Of a stretch of DNA of 64,000 nt, positions 25,290-36,690 are shown piece after piece; position 1 is the stretch's first letter; each line of letters starts with the position of its first letter. Source of the DNA: Perna viridis (taxonomy: Eukaryota); NCBI GenBank assembly GCA_037379345.1, contig CM074523.1, positions 29,790,995 through 29,854,994 on the forward strand, in the 5' to 3' direction. Below the pieces are notes generated by a model that was given only the letters and a program-made list of their open reading frames with translations, made no database searches and was not told the DNA's origin. The position numbers were made by a program, and so were the translations under genes.

Positions 25290-27265
25290 CATAACCCTAA
25301 CCCTAGGCAGATACCATGGCTTGATCCCAACCCTTGAAATAAACATAACCCTAACCCTTTGCTTAATTATACCCCTAACCCTAACCCGAACCTAGATCTA
25401 GAACTGTCTTGACACTGGACCTTATCTGAATCTAATCCTAACCTTAGTTCTTTGACCCGTACGCTAACTTCCTAACTGTTTTCCTAACATTGATCCAAGT
25501 CATAACCCTGAACCTAAACAAGTAACGAGACCTGACCCTAACCCCCATAACAAACTCTAGGTCTGACTTTCATTGAGTCTAAGACCTAACATAGACCTAA
25601 CTCTAGACTTAACCATAACCCTAGACAAACAGCAACATCTGACCCCAACCTTAAACATAACCCTAGGCCTAAATCTACACATAACCATAAACTTAACGTT
25701 TACCATACACCTGACCGTAGATCTAACGGTTGAAACTAGCAACTTTCTTGATACTAGACCTTATCTGAAATTCAAACCCTAACCCTAGCTCTAACTTTAT
25801 CATGACAATTCACAAGATAGGATAAGAGTCAGGGTTAGGGTTAGTGTTGAAACAATAGTAAAATAACTACAGCAAAGATTAGGGTTAGAGTTAGGGTCAA
25901 GAGCTAGGAATAGATAATAGAAAAAACAAACAGAAAAAGGATTAAGGTTAGAGTAGGAATCGGGGATAGGGTTAGGGTAAGCCTTGGGGTAAGAGTTAGT
26001 TACACAAGGGAAAACAGTCAGCACAATGATATGGAATAGACCTAAAGAACACATTATACATAGTCACATGACTCACGGTTAGGGTTGAGGAGGGTTTACA
26101 TAGAACAGACAGGTTTGATGAAGATTAGGGTTTGCAATAGCATAATTGTCAGAACAAAAGTGAAGACGAAACCTAAAAAACACAAACTACAAATAGTCAC
26201 AGTTTTAAGCTAGAAAATGTGTTAGGATAGGGTTATGATAACGTTAGTGTTGAGTAAACATAAAAAAGACCGGGCTAAAGAGAGTTATGGTAAAATCTAG
26301 GATAAGTGTTATAGTGAGGGTTATAAGTCACGGGTTAGGGTGAGATTTAGTGTTAGATCTCGGCTAAGTTCTTCGTCTTGGATACGGTTACATCTAGGGT
26401 TAGGTCTTCACTTGATTACATTTAAATCTATGGTTCGGTATAGGGTTATGTCTACACTTATGATTAAGTATAGGGTTGGGACCAGGTCTTAGTATTTGTC
26501 TAGGGATAAGGTTATGTCTACACTTATGATTAAGTATAGGGTTGGGACCAGGTCTTAGTATTTGTCTAGGGATAAGGTTATGTCTACACTTATGATTAAG
26601 TATAGGGTTGGGACCAGGTCTTAGTATTTGTCTAGGTATAAGGTTATGTCTACACTTATGATTAAGTGTAGGGTTGGGACCAGGTCTTAGTATTTGTCTA
26701 GGTATAAGGTTATGTCTACACTTATGATTAAGTGTAGGGTTGGGACCAGGTCTTAGTATTTGTCTAGGGATAAGGTTATGTCTACAGTTATGATTAAGTG
26801 TAGGGTTGGGACCAGGTCTTAGTATTTGTCTAGGGATAAGGTTATGTCTACAGTTATGATTAAGTATAGGGTTGGGACCAGGTCTTAGTCTAGGGATAAG
26901 GTTATGTCTACAGTTATGATTAAGTGTAGGGTTGGGACCAGGTCTTAGTATTTGTCTAGGGATAAGGTTATGTCTACAGTTATGATTAAGTATAGGGTTG
27001 GGACCAGGTCTTAGTATTTGTTTCGGTATAAGGTTATGTCTACACTTATGATTAAGTGTAGGGTTGGGACCAGGTCTTAGTATTTGTCTAGGGATAAGGT
27101 TATGTCTAGCGTTAGATTAGGTCTATTTTAGGTTTCGGTTAAAGTTAGATCTAGACTTAGGTCTATGGCAAAGGTTTAGTTTATGGTAAAGTGTTTGGTT
27201 AGGCTTAGGGTTATGTTTAAGGTTGGGGTAAGATGTGGATGTTTGTCCAGGTTTATGATTAAATT
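25290..27265. repeat. Degenerate telomere-like hexamer region: CCCTAA-rich (25290-25790), then TTAGGG-rich (25820-27265)
   Basis: Runs such as ACCCCTAACCCTAACCCGAACC and GGGTTAGGGTTAG, with a polarity switch near 25800. Confidence 0.8.
26443..27108. repeat. Homogeneous 66-bp minisatellite, ~10 copies
   Basis: GGGACCAGG recurs at 26478, 26544, 26610, 26676, 26742, 26808, 26874, 26934, 27000 and 27066. One unit has a 6-bp deletion. Confidence 0.92.
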
Positions 27266-28749
27266 CGTATTCGGGGTCATCCTTTCTTTGGCTGCTTGTA
27301 TGTTGAGGGATATTTCTGCTGATGCTTCTGCTTGTATTCGGGGTCATCCTTTCTGCTGCTGCTTGTATATGGAGGTATTTCTGCTGCTGTTTGTCGAATA
27401 TGGGGATATTTTTGCTGCTGCTGGTTGTATATTGGGGGTATCTTTGCTGCTGCTCGAATGTGGGCGAAAGTCTGCTGCTTTTTTGTTGTAGCTGCTAGTT
27501 TGTGTGTTATTCGCGAGGCTCGTGAGAATTTCCAGTAACTTGTGGTATGTTTCGAGAGATATTCTCCGACTGCATTTAGTGTCAAATCAAGATGTTCACG
27601 AAACTTTTAAAGTAAAATGAATGTTTTCTCCTAGTTGTAGATATTCCAGTTTTAAATTAATGACTTCCTTTGTTTTCTCGGGTTTTTTCATTTTGTTATG
27701 ATGTTGCCCTTTGTTATTCTTAATCAGTTTGTATGATGTTAAGAAACAAGAAGAAATATGTGTCCATATCTTTTATTACAAATAATATACACAAAAAAGT
27801 TTATACATAGCAACAAGTATAGTCTACATCAAATGTGTTGTACAAGATGACTTCAATAAAAAAATTAGGACCAAAATTGAAGACTGGAGCTAAAAACAAG
27901 GACATAAAGTGCAAGGTAACCTAATAAATTTATAAAAGATGATGTCGTAAAACTTTCAATTAAATTCAAAACACTTAATTTTTCTCATATGAGAAGCCTT
28001 TTTTCCCTGATAACGACCAAAGCCAAGTTGATTAACATGGATTTCCTCCGATTAAGGAAAATAGATAGAAGAAGACTCGACCCCATGGAGCTCGTTATAA
28101 CTGTCTTACAAAGACGTTTGGAGCTATAGGGATTGATCAAACTTGTGTTTTGTACAAAATAGTTAGCACAGTATGCCAAGAGAAAGATGGCAATCCAGAG
28201 AGTCCCTGTGACAACTGTGAAAAACTAAAGTAACTTTTAAAGGAGAAGATACAACAGAAGACTTATGAAGTTGCAGTATCGAATAGACAGATACATTGTT
28301 GTGCCATAACTTTAAATGATACAATTCTTTTCCCACACTACAATACTGTGGGATGAAATTAACAATTATACATGTAGCCGATGGCGGAAGGAACATGTCA
28401 ATAGAGGTGCAAAGATGTAAGTTACGCATGATTGATTCACAGAACTCCATAAGGGGCACTGTCCTTACTTATACATAGAAAGAACACCAATATATCAAGC
28501 TTCAACAATTAATCCATCAATTATCAAATACGAGAAAAATATTAAAGTGTTCAAAGGTGATCGAAGTAGTTGAGTTATATATATGTACAAAAACTATTCC
28601 TGAAACGGTCCTTATCCATGACAACAACTGGAGACCGATTACAAATACGGTTGTAATGTAACAATTTCTGTGGTTCACATATGGACGAAAGGTTTGTAAT
28701 CGGCCTTATCATAACATCTCTGTGTATTGATTTTACATATATTTACATT

Positions 28750-29098
28750 GTTCTGGATGGCAAGGTGATGCTCTGATGAATATTCGTTTGGTTCTCGTGA
28801 ACCAACCGGATGTGCATCTTTAAGCTGTATTTTTTTTACTACATATTTTAAAACAGCGCGAAAAAGGAAATCTTTGGTTTAGAATCATATTGGATGTATT
28901 CACACACGAACACCATTTACTTGTTGAACGTTCGCCATGAATTTTGCTTTCATGTCGTATTCTGTTATAATTGCGTGTAAATTCCATTCCGCATATACGA
29001 CAGGAATACGATAGAAGGTCGTGGAAAATTCTGTGGTGATGGATAAAATTCTTTTTGTTTTCAAAGGTCTCTCCGCATACCTCAGATAGGAATGACAT
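28750..29098 (-). pseudogene. Three-finger C2H2 zinc-finger gene, right-arm copy
   Basis: SEVCGETFENKKNFIHHHRIFH, YSCRICGMEFTRNYNRIRHESKIH, and a third finger broken before LKMHIRLVHE. Confidence 0.7.
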
Positions 29099-30004
29099 TT
29101 GTAAACACAAAAAAAAAAAACAAAAAAAACAGGGTGATCTCCCTTTTTTATTAAAATATACAAGTATAAGTATACCAAGCGTCATAAAAAAGTTTTGGTT
29201 CGATAATCACTGTTACTAAATGATGAAACTAATTTGTATTCATAGAATTGCGTCGGGTGTACACTATTTATTTGTCTAACAAGGACACTAAACCGAAACA
29301 CTTAACTAGACGGTAAAAAAAGATTATTAGAGATTAAAACAATTTGTGCTTTTATATTTCATTTAATTATTCAAAATGGATCTATCTTGAACTCGTCGGC
29401 GTCGGACTAATACACTTTAGCAAGGGCTGGAAAGGGTAAAAAAATCTGTGGTTAATATGGTCAAATTCCAAAGGGTCGATGGTCCACTTCCGACTATGGG
29501 TGCCCGGATATGTCTTGGAATAACACCAAGAACGTAGAACGATGAAATCGTAAATAAAATAAACAAAAATAGTTGTACTACACTAAAGAAAAGAAAAAGA
29601 GACTCCCTCCTTACAAAAGGAGGGTGGGGGAGTACAAAAACCGTTAGCGACCGCATAACAAACATATTTACTATCAGAGCCTCATCACACGGATCAAAGT
29701 TTGAGTGTAAGTAACTTGAAAACATACTATAGCAGGAACAAGTTCATTCTCCTTATAAAGAACCCTTTATTAACTTTAAGACCCTCCCTTCCTAGATCAG
29801 TGGGTCCCTATGTTCTCTTTATTGGTCCCCATCTAAGTCCACTTCCGGTAATACCCAAGGTGCTCTACCGGTCACTTTCGGTCCACTGCCACCGGATGTG
29901 ACCGCATGCGCATTGAGATGCACCTCCATGCACCCCCGCCCCCCGAAAAATACTAATCGTTTCCCACAAGTATACTACTCAGAAGTCTTAAATAATTACC
30001 CAAT

Positions 30005-30312
30005 CGCCTCTGTTAGCATGCTTACTTCGGGTGCGAGAGGTCGTGGGTTCAATCTTCTTTAAAATTGATAGTCACTGCTTCTCCGCCAAGCACGTAGTAA
30101 TAATAGTAAAGCGCGACGACTGGTTGGTCGGAGTCAGAAGAAGGTATCCGAGTGGCCATGCGTGCGGTTGTTTCTCGGAGCTAGCACATGCAAAAAATAG
30201 ATCCGGCTCATCCTGTCGATCTACTACAAAGCAGGGTACATGTATGTTCGATTGGCAAAATGTTATCCTCTTGATACGTGGAATATCTGTCATAGAATTA
30301 ATCAATCAATAA
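30005..30312 (+). mobile_element. Degenerate tRNA-head SINE (bivalve V-domain-like)
   Basis: B-box-like GGTCGTGGGTTCAATC, body CTGCTTCTCCGCCAAGCACG...GACTGGTTGG.CGGAGTCAG...TCCGAGTGG, and an (AATC)n tail. Confidence 0.65.
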
Positions 30313-31553
30313 TTGATGAATGTTAGTTTGTAAGTTTTAAAGAGGAATTTTCAGGTTAATAGCAAGTAGAAACCGTTGTTCTGTTCCATATTAATTACAT
30401 GTACATTTGATTTCAGCTTAGTTTACATATTTTCATGTTACCAGTGAAATTGGACAAATTGAGCAAAGATTTAATAAACACAAAGCCTTGATTTAACAAA
30501 CATTATTATCGGTATTTACATTTACTAATTGTGGAGAACCACTATGGACATGTACGTGGGAATCAAAATTAGAATCAGGAAGAAAATTTAAATGGAAACT
30601 AGAATTACTGTGAGAGAATACTTTCGCTTCTAACATTCAAGTGGATTATCTCTCTTTGGAGTCCTCCGAAAAGAGTTAAATCAATTCACGCACATCTTCA
30701 TTTGACGCCAAATGTAATCATAATTGAGTGGTTCAGGAGGTTCATCAATGGGGTTTTGACCCATAAAACCACCAAATTTGGTTATCTCCTTTTGGAGTCC
30801 ACCGACTTCATTAATATTGCTTCATGAACATCTATATAATTTGTCCAATTTATAGCTACCTATGAAATTTCATTTAAATTCCTTGAAAAAGTTGGGAGGG
30901 CTTGCGAGTATGATGTTTTAATATAAAAACTTTAAGATTGCTTATCTCTCCTTTGAATCGTTCTACAATGATTATATTGATTATCAATCAGGACTATACT
31001 CGGCCATTACCACTAGACTATAAAATAACCTCGGATGCAGAAAGTAGAATTTCTTCTTGAAAAAAAAAGCCGGAATTGTAGTCCGTTGTGAATCAAAATA
31101 ATTCTATCTATAAAATGTACCTGGTCATGTTGGTAGCGCTTAAATATTTAGTTGGATATCACTAGAAATAAAGAATAATAACTCAAATATTTCCGCGAAG
31201 CGAGGATCGAGCGAAGAAAAAAGTACTGATAAAAATAATCAGCCAGTTTAATTATAATTTAAGAATCGGATCGTTCAAATTCCGGACAGGTCCTTCCGCC
31301 TAGTGCCTTCTAGGTTTTTCTTTTGTGTAACAAGAAAACTGAGGAGTTTCGATTGATTCATTATGAGTCTTCTTTTCCTGGAAGAAGGCTCCGTGATATT
31401 ACTGGATCACTTTTTGAGTGCACTGTTTTGGAAAGTTCTTCTCGAATGGAAACAAATTCTGTATTATTGTAATATCTTAAAACCACACATTTACATTGCC
31501 TTGCAGTTATAATGAGTTGTATTTGTCACTTTCATTCACAAATCAATAGATTC

Positions 31554-31559
31554 TATAAA
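31554..31559 (+). promoter_or_regulatory. Candidate TATA box for the lectin/PAN receptor gene
   Basis: TATAAA about 75 bp upstream of the ATG at 31632. Confidence 0.3.
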
Positions 31560-32139
31560 TGTATGGTGATTTAAGAGAATGTTTTGGTAAATTGATTCTT
31601 TCTTGTTTAAATCACGTGACAAGTGACCAGGATGACAGAACAAATGTTATTCGTTTTATTCGTTTTTTCGATGGGTAAGTACTTTTTAAATTTTTTTAAC
31701 GTTATATTTTAACTACATGAAGCAGTTATTTATTTTTTTTTATTCATCTTAAAAGTAAAATGTATTCAAACAATATTATGAAGCTAGTTTACACACATAT
31801 ATATATATAATAAATCGTCTAAATAATAGTCAACAATCACTCTTACGGGGTGATGGATCGTTAAAAACGATGCGAAACATAATATGTTTAACATCACCAG
31901 AAGATGGTAAATTTTAAATTGAATATTTCGGATAGCAGATATCCTTCCTCAGCATAAAACTCATAAAACTAAATATATATATATGAACCACTTGCACAAA
32001 TTTATCAAATAGTCTGAGAAGGAAATAGATATTTACAAATGTGAACAAACATAGACGTGTTATAAAAGTCACTTTTGTTGAACATAAAATGCTAAATATT
32101 GAATTTGTTTGACTATATACTACTTTATGGTATGCTAAA

Positions 32140-35100
32140 TATCAAATGTCAAATCCGCAGCCACAGGTGCCAATATTTTGAAACTTGATATCGGTCTACT
32201 TTTTTTGTGGCTCGGGTAGCTCTGACATAGGTGCCATTGAAACCCTATGGAGAAACACATTTTGGTTTACATCTCTGTTTTAACTTAGTCGTGGCCAATC
32301 CTGGCAAAAATAACTAGTCAACTTGAACATGCGATAAAATTCCATTTCCGCTTGATTAAACAAGATAGCCACCAGAGGCTATTTTAAAAGCTTCTGAATG
32401 CCCATTTTTTAAAGATCAATTCCTCTGAAACCACAAATGCCAATGTTTTGAAAATTGATAGTTATTTTTATCGGTCGTAATGCCCTATACAAATTTAATG
32501 ATTTACTTGTTGTGTGGTTCAAATACATATAGCTACATGGCTTTGCCATTGAAACACATTTTGGCCTACATACATGTATCTGCTTCAACTCAGCCAATGG
32601 GGACAAAACATGATGGTTATGAAAACATCCAATTGAGAAGATGGTAAATTTTAGCACATATTTTGAACAGATTTAAAGACTTTTAGTGTCACCTTACATC
32701 CACATCTTGTAGATATTGTAAAGTCAGCACCATAATATCATCTTAACCAGTGTTTTACCGCATGAACTGTGTTTTGAAAACAAAAATTACACATATTTTA
32801 CATTCCGTCCAGATCTCCAGCTAAATTTTAAATCGGTTTTAAATCGGCTTATCCGTCCAGTTTAAACTAGATTTTTTTGTCTACCCACGTTTTATTGTTT
32901 TTATTGTCTGTTCAATTTCGACGTAGTAACCGTAACCGAAATCCCAGAAACTCGTTCACACCATCCAGGAACAACATTTATCAACACATACCACACAACA
33001 CACTCGGAATCACCAACTGCGGGTTTCAGTGATGAACCAACGGCCAGCACTACTCGACCACCGAACTATCACGATGAACCAAACGATACCAACATGACCT
33101 CCGCAATACCAATAGCCATTGTCTCCTATAACGTTAAGGGTTCCAGGTCCAGCAAGCCATGCATCAATGAACTACAAGCCATATACGATATTATTGTCAT
33201 CCAGGAGCACTGGTTATACAATTTTGAAAAAAAAGGAAATCCAAGAATTTCTAACAGCCTTCGCCTGCATTGTAAAACCAGTTGATGACGGCGATCCAAT
33301 ATCAGCATACAAGGCCAACGCCCCGGGGGAATGGAAGGAGTGGCCATTTGCTATAAACACAGACAAGGAGAAAAAAGAAGAAGAAAAATCTGACGGGTCA
33401 CATCGTATTGTCGTCATCAGACTCAATATTCCATCCAAACCACTGATTATTATTGGAGTATACTTAACATGCATGTAGAGGTGAACCACAATCTGATACT
33501 TAGTAGCCAATACAGGGAACATCGACATCACTTTTGCTTGAGACCTTAATGTATCCTAAGCAAAAGATCAACCCACTTCTGGAAATAATATCATGGTAGA
33601 ATTTAAATGGACGCATAGCCTTCATAGACCCATAGACCCACAGACATACTCACGTATTACTATCAAAGTGGCAAATGCATAACACAAATTGACCTCATAC
33701 TTAAGAATAACACGGAAATAGTGAACAACTACAAAGCACTGGAACGACAACACCTAGCAATATGACCCAATGGTATGCTCTTTAATTGCGGCCATCATTA
33801 AAAAGGACAATGAATGAACACAACCAAAATCCAACTCTAGACCCAGAAGGATCAAAGGATAAACCACAATACGTACAGTTCTTGATGTGAAAACAAGCAG
33901 GGAATTTGAAATCCTCAGAGAAATTCACTATACTTAGACATGAGCTCGGGAAAGAAACAGAGACAGCTTAAAGCAAAATCACGATCCGAGATATACGAAA
34001 TTCTTATGAATGCTCATGAGGAAGATCAAACAGTTTTCTATAAGCTTACAGCGGAACAACGACGTAATGCCCAACCAACCACCCGCCACCTTCTGGTCGA
34101 CAATCAACAGAAATGAACAAATTAGAGGTTGGGCAAAGTATTTCAAGGACTTGGGAACTGCAACTCCTGTTGACAACGCCTACTATCACAAAGAAGTCGA
34201 ACTAGACGCCCTGATTATAGAAAATATAGATACAACAAAGGGAAAATTTGAACCGTTTACAGAATCAGGTCTCTTTACATAACGGTAAATCCCCAGAGAA
34301 GCAAGTTATCTCCACTGAACATCTTAAGTACGGCGGTGACCTGGCCATAAATGTTCTGACTAACCTCATCAACAACACACTTAAATGCAGCCAGCTTTCA
34401 CGCTCCCTCAAGACAGGCATCGTAACAACAACTTGTAAAGGGATAGGAAAACCAATGCACGATCCGAATTCTTACAGAAAAATTACAGTGTCCAGTACAA
34501 TATCGAAGATCTTGGAGAAATTGTTACTGTTAGGAACCGAAGACACTTTCCTCCAACACCAAAGGCAACTACATATATGATTTACCAGGGGTGTCTCCCT
34601 ATCAAGTGTAGCGTTGAACCTTACAGAAATCATTGCAGAGGCAAGACAACAATAATTCCATATATCATGATTTCCTTGATACACAAAAGACGTTTGAAAA
34701 AGTCTGGCACCATTCCATGTCACGAAAAGTCTACCTGAGTGGAATGGAAGGTGACGAGTGGACGATAATCAGAGATCTATATTGAGACCCGAACTCACGA
34801 ATCAGATAGAACAATGCACTATCCTCAACATTCGAAGAAAAGCAAGTACTCCAAAGAGATGTCCTGTCCCCCCTGTTACAAGATAATCATCAACACCACC
34901 GTTAAAAATGTATGAACCGCACCAACCTGGATGCCACGACGGTTCCATATACTGACGGTTTCATTCGACAAAGATGAGCTTCAGACCCTACTGAATGTAC
35001 AGGGATACTACACAGACCAATAGACGGTCAGTGAGATCAAATCCCAGATTTTACAAATAAAGGACGAAGGAATTGGAGTAGATCACACACTCAATGGAAT

Positions 35101-36690
35101 ATCAATACCATACCATGAAGTACTCATCTAGGAATTCCCTGGGACAACCATTCAAAATATAGCACAGGAACTGTTGCCCTAGAAAGAATCAGCACATCAA
35201 GAGAAGCGTTATATGCAATGATTGGATCAGGTCTACACGGAGCCAATCGAATGAATCCTGGAGCATGCTAACACCTGCTTAGAATCTGTGTGATCTCTCG
35301 TCTTGTCTGTGGCCTGGATGTAATTCGATCCACAACAATGGGCATTGCTCTCCTCACTGCCTTCCACAAGAGGTTACTGAAATAAATCTAACACCTTCCA
35401 GATAGAGCATCGGATGCGGTTTCATACTTGCTACTTGACGATATTCCTTTAGAAGCAGAGATCCATAAGCGCGCTCTTACCATGTTTGGTCAGTCTGTTA
35501 GGACCAGTGCCCTGTGCTTAACTAGCTAGCGCCAATTAGCAACTACAAAGAAGTCATACCATAGCTGGTTAATACATATCTCATCGTTACTGGAGAAATA
35601 CAGCCTGCCGAACTCACTTGATCTACATTTTTGTACTGGAGATGCCGCCCGAAAAAACATACCTGGAAGAGCATTAGTGTATGACGCCGTAAATGATCAC
35701 TGTGATTACACGCTAAAGTCCATCGCTCAAACCAAATCCAAGCGGAAGTATGTTAACATCGACAGGTTGAAAGTCGGGAGAGTGTAGAAAGCTGGATGTG
35801 AAAAAAATGGCAGTTACAAAGCCCAGTGTCAAATGCCGACTCCTGACTGGCAGCTACGTCTTGCAGTCAATGAAAAACCGCTTTAAACAGTATGAAGTTG
35901 ACCTAACTTGCATCAGGTGTCACTTCCTCTTTGAATGTTCAGCACTCCACGAAGCACGTGCTACATTTATACAGGCGATGAGATATAACGACGAGCTGAC
36001 CAACTACCATAAAAGGACATTGAAAAAGCGGTAATACTAGACAGTGAGAATCCCCATCGAACAGCTAGAGGGAAAGACCACCTTGATAACATAACAAGGA
36101 GGTGTGCTTCAAACTTCATACCACTAGCAGTAACCTACTGAAGGATATCAGCCCCAGGTGCTGACTTTCTGAGTCTCAGTACCGATCAAATATATTTGTG
36201 TGTCTTACAGATGAAATATGCGTAATGTTACACAGTTCTCTAGTTAGTGGAGGAATACATGTATATTAAAGAACATGGCCATATTAATGAAGGGGAAAAC
36301 TTGAACATGTGATAAAAACTACGTTCCGCGTGATTAAACAATACGGCTGCCAGAGGCTATTTTAGCTTCTGATTTGCCAATTTTCAAAGATCAACTCCTC
36401 TAAACCAATGTATAATAACTTGCAGACTTCAATGCATTCTACAAACAATTTGTGTAATGTTCAGGCAGCTCAGTGTGTGACTGCGAAAAACTCTGAAGTT
36501 ACTTTTGAAACCCTATGGGGACTATACATTGGCCGATATCTCTGCCTTTACGTGGCTCATGTGGTTCATTTGATGACAGGAATGGTGTAAGTGTAAGAAC
36601 TGTCTTAACTTTTTGTTTTAATTATCAAATGATAATGATTTCAAATTTCCACAGGTGACCGATTCAGGCTCTTTAGAGCCTCTAGTTTCA
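32140..36690 (+). mobile_element. Helentron/HINE-like non-autonomous element split by a LINE insertion
   Basis: A related internal unit lies on both sides of the LINE (32320-32432 and 36298-36408). The end signature CAGGTGACCGATTC-AGGCTCT-TT-AGAGCCT-CTAGTTT is at 36652-36688. Confidence 0.55.
32900..36270 (+). mobile_element. Highly degenerate LINE ORF2 (APE endonuclease plus RT; RTE-X-like)
   Basis: IVSYNVKG...DIIVIQEHWL (APE); GKSP...EHLKYGG, DPNSYRKITVSSTISKILEKLL, GSGLHGAN and a C-terminal CIRC...HFLFEC. Many stops and frameshifts. Confidence 0.85.

Larger units (their letters stand above)
21148..29979. mobile_element. Large foldback (inverted-repeat) element, probably a non-autonomous Polinton/Maverick derivative
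   Basis: Inverted homology blocks 21148-21330/29572-29766, 22446-25045/27290-29378 and 25605-25740/27123-27265. The right end has GC-rich CACTTCCGGT/ACCGGATGTGAC motifs and ends ...GTATACTACT (AGTAGT on the minus strand). The inverted repeat is seen directly; the Polinton call is inference. Confidence 0.65.

Noticed and set aside
25290-27265. Chromosome end-to-end fusion scar
   Set aside because: The polarity is CCCTAA then TTAGGG, the reverse of a fusion site, and the repeats are heavily degenerate.
24786-27585. Cys/Leu/Ala/Gln-rich short ORFs
   Set aside because: Low-complexity CAG-rich and hexamer repeats, open in several frames with no domain signal.
30005-30070. tRNA gene
   Set aside because: Only a decayed tRNA-like SINE head. 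No complete cloverleaf can be formed.
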